Assembly (NCBI GenBank): GCA_964400675.1
Contig: CAYNVO010000008.1
Span: 51,119 to 115,118 of the forward strand
DNA: 64,000 nt
DNA from: an uncultured Dehalococcoidales bacterium
Lineage (GTDB): Bacteria; Chloroflexota; Dehalococcoidia; GIF9; UBA5629
Reading direction: 5' to 3'
Position numbers and translations under genes: made by a program. A model generated the notes under the pieces. That model worked only from the letters and a program-made list of their open reading frames with translations, made no database searches and had not been told where the DNA came from. Below are positions 45,988 to 55,669 of this stretch, one piece after another. Each line of letters starts with the position of its first letter. Positions within the stretch are counted from its first letter, which is position 1.

Positions 45988-48252
45988 ATGAAACAAGGAA
46001 CAAAGGCTATCCTTTGGTTTAATGAAGTAACTAAAGGTGACATTGCAATAGTAGGTGGCAAAGGAGCCAACTTGGGTGAGATGGTCCATGCTGGAATCCT
46101 CGTGCCACCAGGTTTCATTGTAACAGCAGATGCTTACTTTAAATTCCTGAAGGCCAGCAATCTCACAGACGAAATCCGCCGACATCTTAAGGATTTGGAT
46201 GTTAACGATAGCAAAAAACTCCAAGAGGTTGCCGGCCTGATTAAGGATAAAATTTCCAGCGCACCCATGTTGCCTGACATTGTTCAGGAGATTAAAGACG
46301 CTTATCGAAAACTAGGTGGCGGACTCGTAGCAGTCCGCTCTTCAGCTACAGCCGAGGACTTGCCAGAGGCTTCCTTTGCCGGACAACAAAGTACCTTTCT
46401 CAACATTCAGGGGGAAAATGAGGTAGTAACGGCCATACAGGGTTGCTGGAGTTCCTTGTTTGAACCCAGAGCTATATTCTACAGACAGCAACAAGGTTTT
46501 GACCATTTCAGGGTAGGCATCGCTGTGCCCGTGCAGAAGATGATACAATCAGAGTCTTCCGGAGTTATGTTCACTGTGGAACCTCTGACCAGTGACTCAA
46601 CCAAAATCATTATTGAAGCAATTTTCGGACTTGGTGAATCTATCGTTTCTGGTGATGTCACTCCTGACCAATATCTTCTGGATAAAAATGGAACCAGAAT
46701 TATAGACAAGGAAATCCATAAGCAAGAATGGCAACTGGTAAAGGATACAAAAGCATCGGTGGGCAAGCTTGAACCTAACATCAAGACTTCCGTTCCACCA
46801 TCAAAGCAAGCCAGGCAAAAGCTATCCGATAAAGATATTGTTGCCCTGGCTAAAGTGGGCAAAATGATTGAGGATCACTATCAGTTCCCACAAGACATCG
46901 AATGGGCAAAAGAGGGAAAAGAGCTCTTCATTCTTCAAACACGGCCCGTGACCACCATGAAACCAAAAGGGGAGACGAAGATACTTCCCAAAATAGGAGC
47001 TAAATCAATTTTAACTGGTGTCGCAGCCAGTCCGGGGATAGCTGTTGGTCCAGTCAAAATCGTGGAGGCATCACAGATAGACAAAGTGAAGAATGGTGAC
47101 GTTCTGGTAGCCGAAATGACAACCCCGGATTTCGTGCCAGCAATGAAACGGGCAGCAGCCATAGTCACCGACCGTGGTGGCAGAACTGCTCACGCAGCCA
47201 TTGTCAGCCGCGAATTAGGCATCCCCTGTGTAGTAGGCACAGGGGTGGCAACCAAAACTCTGAGCGATGGGCAGGAAATAACTGTAGATGGCTCCGGCGG
47301 AGAAGTCTATGCCGGCAAAGTAGCCGAGCCAACAACAGCCGCCCCAGCAGTTATCAGTCAGGAACGAATTAAAACAAAAACCAGAGTCTATGTGAATCTG
47401 GCTGAACCTGAACTGGCTGACACTATAGCTGCAAGACATGTGGATGGCGTTGGCCTGCTTAGATCTGAATTTATAATAGCCCAAATCGGTGGACATCCTC
47501 GATATATGCTACACGAGGGGAAGGGCGAGCAATTTATGGAAATGCTAGCCAGAAGTATTACCACTTTTGCCAAGGCTTTTTACCCCAGGCCAGTAGTCTA
47601 TCGGACTACCGATTTCAAAACCAATGAGTACAGAAACCTGCGTGGTGGGGAAAAATACGAGGAATTCGAGGAGAATCCTATGCTCGGGTACCGGGGCTGT
47701 TCAAGATATACGAGGGAAACAGAAGTCTTTAGACTCGAAGTAGATGCTATCAAAAAAGTATGCCAGCACTACGATAATCTATATGTCATGATTCCATTCG
47801 TCCGTTTCGTAGATGAATTGGCCGTTATAAAAAGATTCTTCGTTGCTGAGGGGTTGTACCAGTTCCCTAATTTCAAATTGTGGATGATGGCTGAAGTACC
47901 ATCCAATGTCTTTCTTATAGATAAATTCTTAGATGTTGGCATCGATGGTATCTCTATCGGCTCTAATGACCTGACGCAACTTATTTTAGGGATAGACCGA
48001 GACAATCCCAAACTGGCACCGCAATTCGATGAGAGAAATGAAGCGGTGCTCATAGCTTTAGAAAGACTCATTAGAGTGTCGGTCAGCAAAGGTGTAACCT
48101 CCTCGATTTGCGGACAAGCCCCCTCAGTCTATCCAGAACTTACTGAGAAGCTGGTAAAATGGGGCATCACCTCGGTTTCGGTAAGCCCTGACATGATTGA
48201 TGAGACAAGGCATATAATCGCTGCTATTGAAGCAAAGCTTGGCCGGCCATAG
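45988..48252 (+). CDS. ppsA: Phosphoenolpyruvate synthase (pyruvate, water dikinase)
   Basis: GGKGANLGE, AVRSSATAED, DIEWA, QTRPVT, GGRTAHAAI (phospho-His), EENPMLGYRG, SIGSNDLTQ. Confidence 0.95.
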   Translation: MKQGTKAILWFNEVTKGDIAIVGGKGANLGEMVHAGILVPPGFIVTADAYFKFLKASNLTDEIRRHLKDLDVNDSKKLQEVAGLIKDKISSAPMLPDIVQEIKDAYRKLGGGLVAVRSSATAEDLPEASFAGQQSTFLNIQGENEVVTAIQGCWSSLFEPRAIFYRQQQGFDHFRVGIAVPVQKMIQSESSGVMFTVEPLTSDSTKIIIEAIFGLGESIVSGDVTPDQYLLDKNGTRIIDKEIHKQEWQLVKDTKASVGKLEPNIKTSVPPSKQARQKLSDKDIVALAKVGKMIEDHYQFPQDIEWAKEGKELFILQTRPVTTMKPKGETKILPKIGAKSILTGVAASPGIAVGPVKIVEASQIDKVKNGDVLVAEMTTPDFVPAMKRAAAIVTDRGGRTAHAAIVSRELGIPCVVGTGVATKTLSDGQEITVDGSGGEVYAGKVAEPTTAAPAVISQERIKTKTRVYVNLAEPELADTIAARHVDGVGLLRSEFIIAQIGGHPRYMLHEGKGEQFMEMLARSITTFAKAFYPRPVVYRTTDFKTNEYRNLRGGEKYEEFEENPMLGYRGCSRYTRETEVFRLEVDAIKKVCQHYDNLYVMIPFVRFVDELAVIKRFFVAEGLYQFPNFKLWMMAEVPSNVFLIDKFLDVGIDGISIGSNDLTQLILGIDRDNPKLAPQFDERNEAVLIALERLIRVSVSKGVTSSICGQAPSVYPELTEKLVKWGITSVSVSPDMIDETRHIIAAIEAKLGRP

Positions 48253-48291
48253 CGCTATATTAAGAACAGAAAAGCAAAAATTTAAGTTCTG

Positions 48292-49326
48292 ATGGTCAAT
48301 CTGAACGTTAGGCAGCGGATAGAAGAATCTGAAAACAGCCTTTCCCCTCATGCTTCGAAAAGCAGGCTCAGCCGAGGCAGACTCAAATGGGAGGAACCTT
48401 GCCCGATACGTACAGATTTTCAGCGGGACCGAGACCGTATAATATACTCAAACGCCTTTCGCCGTCTCAAACACAAAACACAGGTCTTTATCACCCCGCT
48501 GGGTGACCATTTCGTAACACGGCTGACACATACCTTAGAAGTCTCTCAAATTGCCCGGACTATATCCAGAGCCCTAAACCTTAATGAGGACTTAACCGAG
48601 GCTATCGCTTTGGGGCATGATTTGGGTCACACTCCATTCGGCCATGTAGGTGAGCAAGTTCTAAACGAGTTATCCCCAAGCGGATTCAAACATAACGAGC
48701 AGAGTCTAAGAGTAGTAGACCTTCTGGAAAAAGACGGACAAGGATTAAACCTGACCTGGGAAGTTAGGGATGGCATCTTGAATCATTCCAAGAGCGGAAT
48801 AGAGATACTTGGAGAGGGATGGACTGAAGTCAGCACCATCGAAGGACAGGTAGTCAAGATGGCTGACACTGTTGCTTATGTCAACCACGATATCGCCGAT
48901 GCCATAAGAGCTGGTGTTATAGACGAGAACGATTTACCTGCTTCTGCAGTAAAGCTACTCGGCAACACCTCCCGCCAGCGAATTAACACACTCGTCTACG
49001 ATATAGTCAGTTATTCCTTGACATCAATAGCAAATCCAAATTTAAAAAATCCAACTGTTGGAATGAATTCTGAAACCCTAGAAGTCACCAATAATTTGCG
49101 TGAATTTCTGTTTGACAAGGTGTATAATCCCAGGCTAGTCAGCAAAGACACATCAAAAGCGAGGAGGGTAATACACCTCCTATATTCGTATTTCCTTAAA
49201 CACGAGGTAAAATTACCTGAAGAATATGCATTGCGCGATGACACTGTAGAACGAAAGGTTGCCGATTATATCGCCGGCATGACAGACCAGTATGCATTAC
49301 GGATGGCTAGAGAAATCGCACGCTAA
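48292..49326 (+). CDS. dgt: Deoxyguanosinetriphosphate triphosphohydrolase-like HD protein
   Basis: FQRDRDRI, HKTQVF, TRLTHTLEV, GHDLGHTPFGH, DYIAGMTD. Confidence 0.93.
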   Translation: MVNLNVRQRIEESENSLSPHASKSRLSRGRLKWEEPCPIRTDFQRDRDRIIYSNAFRRLKHKTQVFITPLGDHFVTRLTHTLEVSQIARTISRALNLNEDLTEAIALGHDLGHTPFGHVGEQVLNELSPSGFKHNEQSLRVVDLLEKDGQGLNLTWEVRDGILNHSKSGIEILGEGWTEVSTIEGQVVKMADTVAYVNHDIADAIRAGVIDENDLPASAVKLLGNTSRQRINTLVYDIVSYSLTSIANPNLKNPTVGMNSETLEVTNNLREFLFDKVYNPRLVSKDTSKARRVIHLLYSYFLKHEVKLPEEYALRDDTVERKVADYIAGMTDQYALRMAREIAR

Positions 49327-49380
49327 AATGAAATTTCCATCTGCAAGCAGAAGTTTGAAACAATCGATTGGGTTTCTGAA

Positions 49381-51246
49381 ATGAGCGTAATTGATGATGT
49401 AAAACAGAGACTGGACATTGTGCAAATTGTCTCTGAATATACTAAGTTACAAAAATCGGGGCGAAATTATAAGGCCTCATGTCCGTTTCATTCTGAAAAA
49501 ACCCCATCATTTTTCGTATTCCCCGAGCGGCAGAGCTGGCATTGTTTCGGCGCCTGCGGTACCAGTGGCGATATTTTTTCCTTCGTTATGAAGAAAGAGG
49601 GTATTGACTTCGGGCAGGCCCTACAGCTCTTAGCTAATAAGGCAGGGGTTCCCTTGGTTGCACTGACAACCCCAGAGAGACAGACTCAAGATAAAGAGAG
49701 GGAAAGGTTATTCGAAATCAACGAAGCCGCTGCTGAATATTATCATCATCTGCTGTTGAATACCCCGAATGGCGAGATAGCAAGAGATTATGCAGCTAAA
49801 CGGGGACTATCAACTGAGACAATAAATAACTTCCAGCTAGGTTTCGCTCCAGAAGGATGGGACACCCTAAAGCAGTACTTGAAAGGCAAGAGATATGGAG
49901 AAGCAGAACTACTAGCTTCTGGTTTGTTAGTAGAGAGAGAGGATAGAAAAAACTACGACCGATTTCGCAATCGCTTAATATTCCCTATCAGAAACATCCA
50001 GGGCAGGCTTATAGGCTTTGGTGGTAGAGCATTAGATAATTCCCTGCCTAAATACCTAAACTCTCCTCAAACGCCAGTTTTCGATAAGAGCAGCAGCCTT
50101 TATGGTATTGACCATGCCAAGACAGCTATCCGTCAGAAGGACCAGGCGGTAATTGTCGAAGGCTATATGGATGCCATCGCGGCTCATCAACATGGGTATT
50201 GTAATGTAGTTGCCTCAATGGGAACAGCTATGACTGACAAGCAGCTAACTATTCTTAAAAACTCGACCAGGAATTTAATACTGGCTCTTGATGCGGATAC
50301 TGCGGGAGAAGAAGCCATATCACGAAGCGGTGAACTGCTTGATAAAATGTTGCCAGTGCCACCATCCTTCTATGGGTGGGTAAGATATGAAGACGCTCAC
50401 AATGCTGAGGTAAAGATTCTTATCTTACCTCAAGGCAAAGATCCGGATGAGTTAATAAGAGAGGATGCTTCACAGTGGGAAAAGCTGATAATGGATGCCA
50501 AGCCGATGGTTGACTTCATTTTTGAAAGTGCAATTGCTAAAGTTAACCTAACAAGCGCCAGAGATAAATCTTTGACTGTAGAAAAGCTCCTGCCGCTACT
50601 TTTCGAGATGAAGGACCCGTTGCGGCAAGCTCACTATCTAGAAAGGCTTGCCCGGTTATTGAAAATTGATGCACACGTCCTGGGTGACGCATTGAAAAAG
50701 TTCCGAGCCACCGAACGAAGGCGAAAAGCAACCAGAAACATGAACGCTTTCACACCTGTAGTACCTACCATAACTTCATCCAATCCCCTGGAGCAATATT
50801 GCCTAGCTCTATTGCTTAAGTATCCAGAGCTTAAGACAGAAAGCTCGGGGCTGTCACCCGACCATTTCGAAAATACCGAAAACCGAGAGCTGTTTATAAA
50901 ATGGCAACAATGCATTGACCCTGCCTCTCTCAAGAGCAGCCTCGACAGCACTCTTCAAGAATATTTGGAAAGCCTTCTGGTTAAGGACTTGCCCCCAATC
51001 CTCAAAGAAAGTGAAACGGCACGTTGTGAAGATCTGAACCAATGCATAATTCGCTTACAAGAGAGAAGACTGAGAAACCTCGAGATTAAGAAGCAAGAGC
51101 TTTTGTCTATTGAAGCTGATATTGGCGGAACTGCGGCACAATTGGCTAAACTGAAAGAGCAGGGCTTGGAAGACGATAAGCAACTTCGAGATGTCTTAAT
51201 AAAGCAAAACCATCGCCGAAAACTAGCAAGGAGTGATGGTCAATGA
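49381..51246 (+). CDS. dnaG: DNA primase
   Basis: CPFH..CFGAC zinc finger, [26 protein letters not shown]. Confidence 0.97.
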   Translation: MSVIDDVKQRLDIVQIVSEYTKLQKSGRNYKASCPFHSEKTPSFFVFPERQSWHCFGACGTSGDIFSFVMKKEGIDFGQALQLLANKAGVPLVALTTPERQTQDKERERLFEINEAAAEYYHHLLLNTPNGEIARDYAAKRGLSTETINNFQLGFAPEGWDTLKQYLKGKRYGEAELLASGLLVEREDRKNYDRFRNRLIFPIRNIQGRLIGFGGRALDNSLPKYLNSPQTPVFDKSSSLYGIDHAKTAIRQKDQAVIVEGYMDAIAAHQHGYCNVVASMGTAMTDKQLTILKNSTRNLILALDADTAGEEAISRSGELLDKMLPVPPSFYGWVRYEDAHNAEVKILILPQGKDPDELIREDASQWEKLIMDAKPMVDFIFESAIAKVNLTSARDKSLTVEKLLPLLFEMKDPLRQAHYLERLARLLKIDAHVLGDALKKFRATERRRKATRNMNAFTPVVPTITSSNPLEQYCLALLLKYPELKTESSGLSPDHFENTENRELFIKWQQCIDPASLKSSLDSTLQEYLESLLVKDLPPILKESETARCEDLNQCIIRLQERRLRNLEIKKQELLSIEADIGGTAAQLAKLKEQGLEDDKQLRDVLIKQNHRRKLARSDGQ

Positions 51247-52811
51247 CTTCAAATAGAGATGATGAGCTCCTGTCCTACTTCCCAAAGAAAAGCAAAAGGA
51301 GGTTTGATTCTGAGTATATTCTTCACATGGGCGACGAACCATTTACGCCCCAGGACAATACTTGGGATACTTTCGGCAAACACGAGTCCGAAGAAGACAG
51401 TGGCAAAATCACCTTTCCATGGGAAAGCGAGGGGGCTACTGAACTTGAATATGAATTAGCAGGCAAAGAACAAAAAGAAAATAAGTCACAAGTTGGCCTT
51501 GAGATAGAGCATATTGAGCACGAAGCGATTGATGACCCAGTTCGTATGTATCTCCACGAGATTGGCAAAGTCTCACTGCTCACTGCGGACGATGAGAAGG
51601 CATTGGCCAGCAAAATAGAAGAGGCCAAATATCTGGAAAATATTGAGGAGCTTTATTTTCAGCGCCACGGCGAATATCCGTCAACAGTGGATACAGTAAT
51701 ATATTTGCTCCGCCATTTGCTTGCCTCAAAACCTTTGATCGATATTCTTGCCAGACGGCTTAAGTTCACCTCTACAGAAAGTTTCACCAAGAGCATCCGC
51801 GACCCGAAGCTAAGAACAGCTATTGACAGCATGATCAACCAGGAACTGGTGGAAACCATAGCCAAAGAAAGCGATAAAAGCATCCCGGAAGTTGAACAGG
51901 GACTGGTAGACATATCCACAGTCAGTCGACTTCTGCCCCCAGAATTACGTAAGATTATAGGAGAAAAAACTACCTGGAAGCAGCTAGAATCTCTGATTGC
52001 CGAGCCTGCCAATTCCGAATTCATCCCTCAGCTTCACGAACATGCTCAACAATTTAGGGCACATTTCAACAAGGTAAAAAAAACAGCCAGGAAATCAGAA
52101 AGACACCTGACTGAAGCAAATCTACGCCTGGTGGTTAGCGTTGCCAAGAAATATGTAGGTCACGGAATGCCACTCCTTGACCTTATCCAGGAAGGAAACA
52201 TTGGTCTGGTTCGCGCGGTTGAGAAATTTGAATATCGAAAAGGTTATAAATTCAGCACCTATGCTACATGGTGGATTAGGCAGGCTATAACACGAGCTAT
52301 AGCCGACCAGGCACGTACCATCCGCATCCCGGTGCATATGGTAGAAACTATCAACAGATTATTGAAGGTCAATCGCCGTCTGGCTCAAGAATACGGGCGT
52401 GAACCGAGCTATGAGGAAATCGGTAAAGGTATGGAAATATCTTCAGACCGTGTAAGAGAAATACTTAAGCTGTCTCAAATGCCCATATCCTTGGAGATGC
52501 CCATTGGCGAAGAAGAAGATAGTCACCTCGGCGACTTCATTGAGGACCGAGCTACACCACCTCCCGCCGATGCAGCCTCCCAGGAATTGCTTAAGGCACA
52601 GTTGAACAAAATACTCTCTGAGCTAACAGACAGGGAGCGAAGAGTCATATTGCTCAGGTTCGGATTGGAAGACGGTCGGGCTCGCACTTTAGAAGAAGTG
52701 GGGAAGGAATTTAATGTAACTCGAGAACGAATCCGCCAGATTGAGGCTAAAGCACTACGTAAGCTGCGCCATCCCAGCCGAAGCCGAAAACTTAAAGACT
52801 ATCTGGAATAA
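51243..52811 (+). CDS. rpoD: RNA polymerase primary sigma factor
   Basis: [49 protein letters not shown]. Confidence 0.96.
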   Translation: MTSNRDDELLSYFPKKSKRRFDSEYILHMGDEPFTPQDNTWDTFGKHESEEDSGKITFPWESEGATELEYELAGKEQKENKSQVGLEIEHIEHEAIDDPVRMYLHEIGKVSLLTADDEKALASKIEEAKYLENIEELYFQRHGEYPSTVDTVIYLLRHLLASKPLIDILARRLKFTSTESFTKSIRDPKLRTAIDSMINQELVETIAKESDKSIPEVEQGLVDISTVSRLLPPELRKIIGEKTTWKQLESLIAEPANSEFIPQLHEHAQQFRAHFNKVKKTARKSERHLTEANLRLVVSVAKKYVGHGMPLLDLIQEGNIGLVRAVEKFEYRKGYKFSTYATWWIRQAITRAIADQARTIRIPVHMVETINRLLKVNRRLAQEYGREPSYEEIGKGMEISSDRVREILKLSQMPISLEMPIGEEEDSHLGDFIEDRATPPPADAASQELLKAQLNKILSELTDRERRVILLRFGLEDGRARTLEEVGKEFNVTRERIRQIEAKALRKLRHPSRSRKLKDYLE

Positions 52812-52846
52812 GCCAACAAAATATCCTGACTTCTAGGAGGAATTAG

Positions 52847-53449
52847 ATGAGAGTAATTAAAGGGTTAATAATGGTCATCGGGGTAATCGGAATTCTGGTC
52901 GCTGCTACCCTGCTCATAGGCTATTATCTTTACTCACTTTCTCCCCCAATCCAGGCAAAAATGGTGCAGATATTGCCAAGTCCAGAGGCTGCGCAAAGTT
53001 TCGACCAAAAGATAAGTTCTACGAAAGCTGAAATTGAAGCAGCAGCCGACGCCGTGCAAGCAAAACAGGTAACACTGACAATCACTGATAGAGAAATAAA
53101 CTCCAAGATGATTGAACTCAGGGCTAAAGGGGAGCTGCCCGTAAGGGAGGCACTGATCAACTTCGGCGATGGCAACTTCCTCGCCTACGCTGTGGTTGAC
53201 ACGCCCGGAATCAATGCCAAAACGGCTATGATAGGACAGGTAGAAATCATGAATGGCTCCCCGAAAATAGTACTGGGAGATTTCAATCTTGGCAAACTAC
53301 CATTGCCTGAATCTGCAAAACAAAGAGTCGAGCAGCTGCTAAACATTATGGTGAACTTGCAACTGAGTGATGTGCCTCTGGAGATAACTAATGTCCAATT
53401 CAGTAACCATGAGCTCACAGTTACAGGAACAACCAAAACGGGTAAATGA
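52847..53449 (+). CDS. Hypothetical membrane-anchored protein
   Basis: N-terminal TM helix followed by a beta-rich soluble region; GGAGG RBS. Confidence 0.7.
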   Translation: MRVIKGLIMVIGVIGILVAATLLIGYYLYSLSPPIQAKMVQILPSPEAAQSFDQKISSTKAEIEAAADAVQAKQVTLTITDREINSKMIELRAKGELPVREALINFGDGNFLAYAVVDTPGINAKTAMIGQVEIMNGSPKIVLGDFNLGKLPLPESAKQRVEQLLNIMVNLQLSDVPLEITNVQFSNHELTVTGTTKTGK

Positions 53450-53457
53450 AAACTTTA

Positions 53458-54789
53458 TTACCGCCCCAGCATGCCCGTCAAGTTCTTGGGTAATCTTCCC
53501 TGTGCTGCCATCTTGGCCAGCTTTTGCATCTGGTAAAATTGATTGAGCAGTTGATTAACATCCGCGGGAGTAGTTCCGCTGCCTTTTGCAATACGCCGCC
53601 GCCGACTACCGCCGATAATAGCTGGAGTGTGTCGCTCTTCCAGGGTCATCGACAAAATGATAGCCTCAATTTTCCGCATCCGGCTTTCCTCATCACCTTG
53701 AGGAATGCTAGAAGCGAACTTCGAGAAACCGGGTAGCAATTCAACCAGCTGAGTTAATGACCCCATTTTTTTAATCTGACGCAACTGCCCCAAAAAGTCC
53801 TCGAGATTGAACTCCGCGCTGCGCATCTTTTTCTCTAGCTGTTTGGCTTGCTGCTCATCAAAAGTCTTCTCTGCCTTCTCGATTAAAGTAAGTACATCTC
53901 CCATACCCAAAATGCGAGATGCCAGGCGGTCTGGATAAAAAGGTTCAAGCGCATTTGCTTTTTCACCAGTGCCGATGAACTTTACCGGCACGCCAGTGAC
54001 AAACTTAATAGAAAGAGCAGCACCACCCCGGGCATCCCCATCCATCTTAGTCAAAATAAGACCGGTCAAGCCAATGTCCTTATTAAACGCTTCAGCCGTG
54101 TTCACCGCATCCTGACCGGTCATAGCATCAACCACCAATAGCACCTCTGAAGGACGAATTTCATCTTTCAGTTGGACCAGCTCTTTCATCATTGCTTCAT
54201 CAATATGAAGACGCCCCTGAGTATCAATAATTACCCAGGTAGCCGCCATCTCTTGGGCATCCTTTAGAGCATGGCGGCAAATGGCAAGCGGTGCCGCCTT
54301 GGCATCCTCACTTGAGACCGGTATATCCATCTGCTTGCCCAGCATCACCAACTGTTCAACGGCAGCCGGTCGGCGAGTATCAGCAGCCACCATTAAAGGA
54401 CGTTGCCCACTGCTTTTAAGATACAGAGCCAGCTTGGCTGCCGTGGTAGTCTTACCCGAGCCCTGCAAACCGACAAGCATAATAATTGAAGGTGGACGAC
54501 CAGATGTTATAAGCTCATTCCGCTCTTTGCCTAAGATATTTACGAGTTCTTCATTGACAATTTTTATGATTTGCTGAGCCGGAGTCAGACTTTCCAACAC
54601 CTGGGCAGTCAAAGCTCGCTCTCTTACAACAGCAAGAAAATCCTTCACGACCCTGAAATTAACATCAGCTTCTAGAAGAGCCAGGCGTATTTGCCGCAAA
54701 GCTTCATCAATATCCTTTTCACTGAGCCTTCCTTTATTGCCCAGGCCACTGAATATCTTGCTTAATTTCTGCGTCAGAACTTCAAACAT
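53458..54789 (-). CDS. ffh: Signal recognition particle protein
   Basis: GLQGSGKTTT, DTQGR, TKMDGDARGG, RILGMGD, Met-rich M domain. Confidence 0.97.
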   Translation of the reverse strand: MFEVLTQKLSKIFSGLGNKGRLSEKDIDEALRQIRLALLEADVNFRVVKDFLAVVRERALTAQVLESLTPAQQIIKIVNEELVNILGKERNELITSGRPPSIIMLVGLQGSGKTTTAAKLALYLKSSGQRPLMVAADTRRPAAVEQLVMLGKQMDIPVSSEDAKAAPLAICRHALKDAQEMAATWVIIDTQGRLHIDEAMMKELVQLKDEIRPSEVLLVVDAMTGQDAVNTAEAFNKDIGLTGLILTKMDGDARGGAALSIKFVTGVPVKFIGTGEKANALEPFYPDRLASRILGMGDVLTLIEKAEKTFDEQQAKQLEKKMRSAEFNLEDFLGQLRQIKKMGSLTQLVELLPGFSKFASSIPQGDEESRMRKIEAIILSMTLEERHTPAIIGGSRRRRIAKGSGTTPADVNQLLNQFYQMQKLAKMAAQGRLPKNLTGMLGR

Positions 54790-54889
54790 AAGCCACCTGT
54801 AGAATTCTACCTATGCCTGTTGCCACAGTCAATTGTGATAAAATAAAAACAGCGCATGGAATTACAAAACTGCCCGGAATAATTTAAGA

Positions 54890-55660
54890 ATGTTTGAAGC
54901 TTCACCATTCAGCCTGAACATGTTTCAGCAGTGCCCGAGACAGTATAAGTTTCAGTATATAGACCACCTTGGGGGTATTTACAGAAAATCACGACCATAT
55001 TTCACCATGGGCGACCATGTGCATGCTGCCCTCAGAGATTTTCTCACCGTAGTCCCGGTCATTGAGCGTAACCCAACAAGGCTTGAGGATTTGCTGCGGG
55101 AAAAATGGCGACGAAACCGCAAGGGATTCAATAACAGGGAAGATGAGAAAAGATGGGGTGAAAAGGCTCTCAAACAATTACGCCGATTTGCTCAGAATCA
55201 TGATATTTCTGTTACACCATACATGGTGGAAGATTATCATAGTGCTGAACTAACCAGTTCCATAATCTTAAAAGGCAAAATAGACCGGGTTGACAAAGAA
55301 GCCGATGACAGTCTGCACATCATCGATTATAAGACCGGCAAGATGCCGTCTGAAATAAACCAGGTGCAACTCCATATTTATGCCCTCATCCTCTCTAAAA
55401 AGCAGGACCTGCCGCTCAAAAAAGCCTCCTATCTTTACCTGGAGGCCGGCGAATTCAGGACTATTGAGCTGACCGCTGCAGATTTAGCACATGCCACTTC
55501 CTATGTAATCGAACTGGTGGATAAGATATGCAGAGAAGAGGAATACGCTGCTACCCCAAACATTTATTGCTGGAACTGTGATTTCCTTGAGATATGTCCC
55601 AGTCAAGAAGAGGCTGCCAAATTCACCGCCAGAGAAGAAGAGTTAGATTTTAATGATTAA
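54890..55660 (+). CDS. PD-(D/E)XK (RecB/AddB/Cas4-like) nuclease with four-Cys Fe-S staple
   Basis: CPRQY near the N-terminus, GKIDRVD..IIDYKTG, QLHIYA, C-terminal CWNCDFLEIC. Confidence 0.88.
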   Translation: MFEASPFSLNMFQQCPRQYKFQYIDHLGGIYRKSRPYFTMGDHVHAALRDFLTVVPVIERNPTRLEDLLREKWRRNRKGFNNREDEKRWGEKALKQLRRFAQNHDISVTPYMVEDYHSAELTSSIILKGKIDRVDKEADDSLHIIDYKTGKMPSEINQVQLHIYALILSKKQDLPLKKASYLYLEAGEFRTIELTAADLAHATSYVIELVDKICREEEYAATPNIYCWNCDFLEICPSQEEAAKFTAREEELDFND

Positions 55661-55669
55661 TGCAGAAAC

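Noticed and set aside
51243-52811. Large insertion in RpoD as a possible intein
   Set aside because: It lies in the non-conserved region between sigma regions 1.2 and 2.1 and lacks the C/S start and HN-C/S/T end splice motifs.
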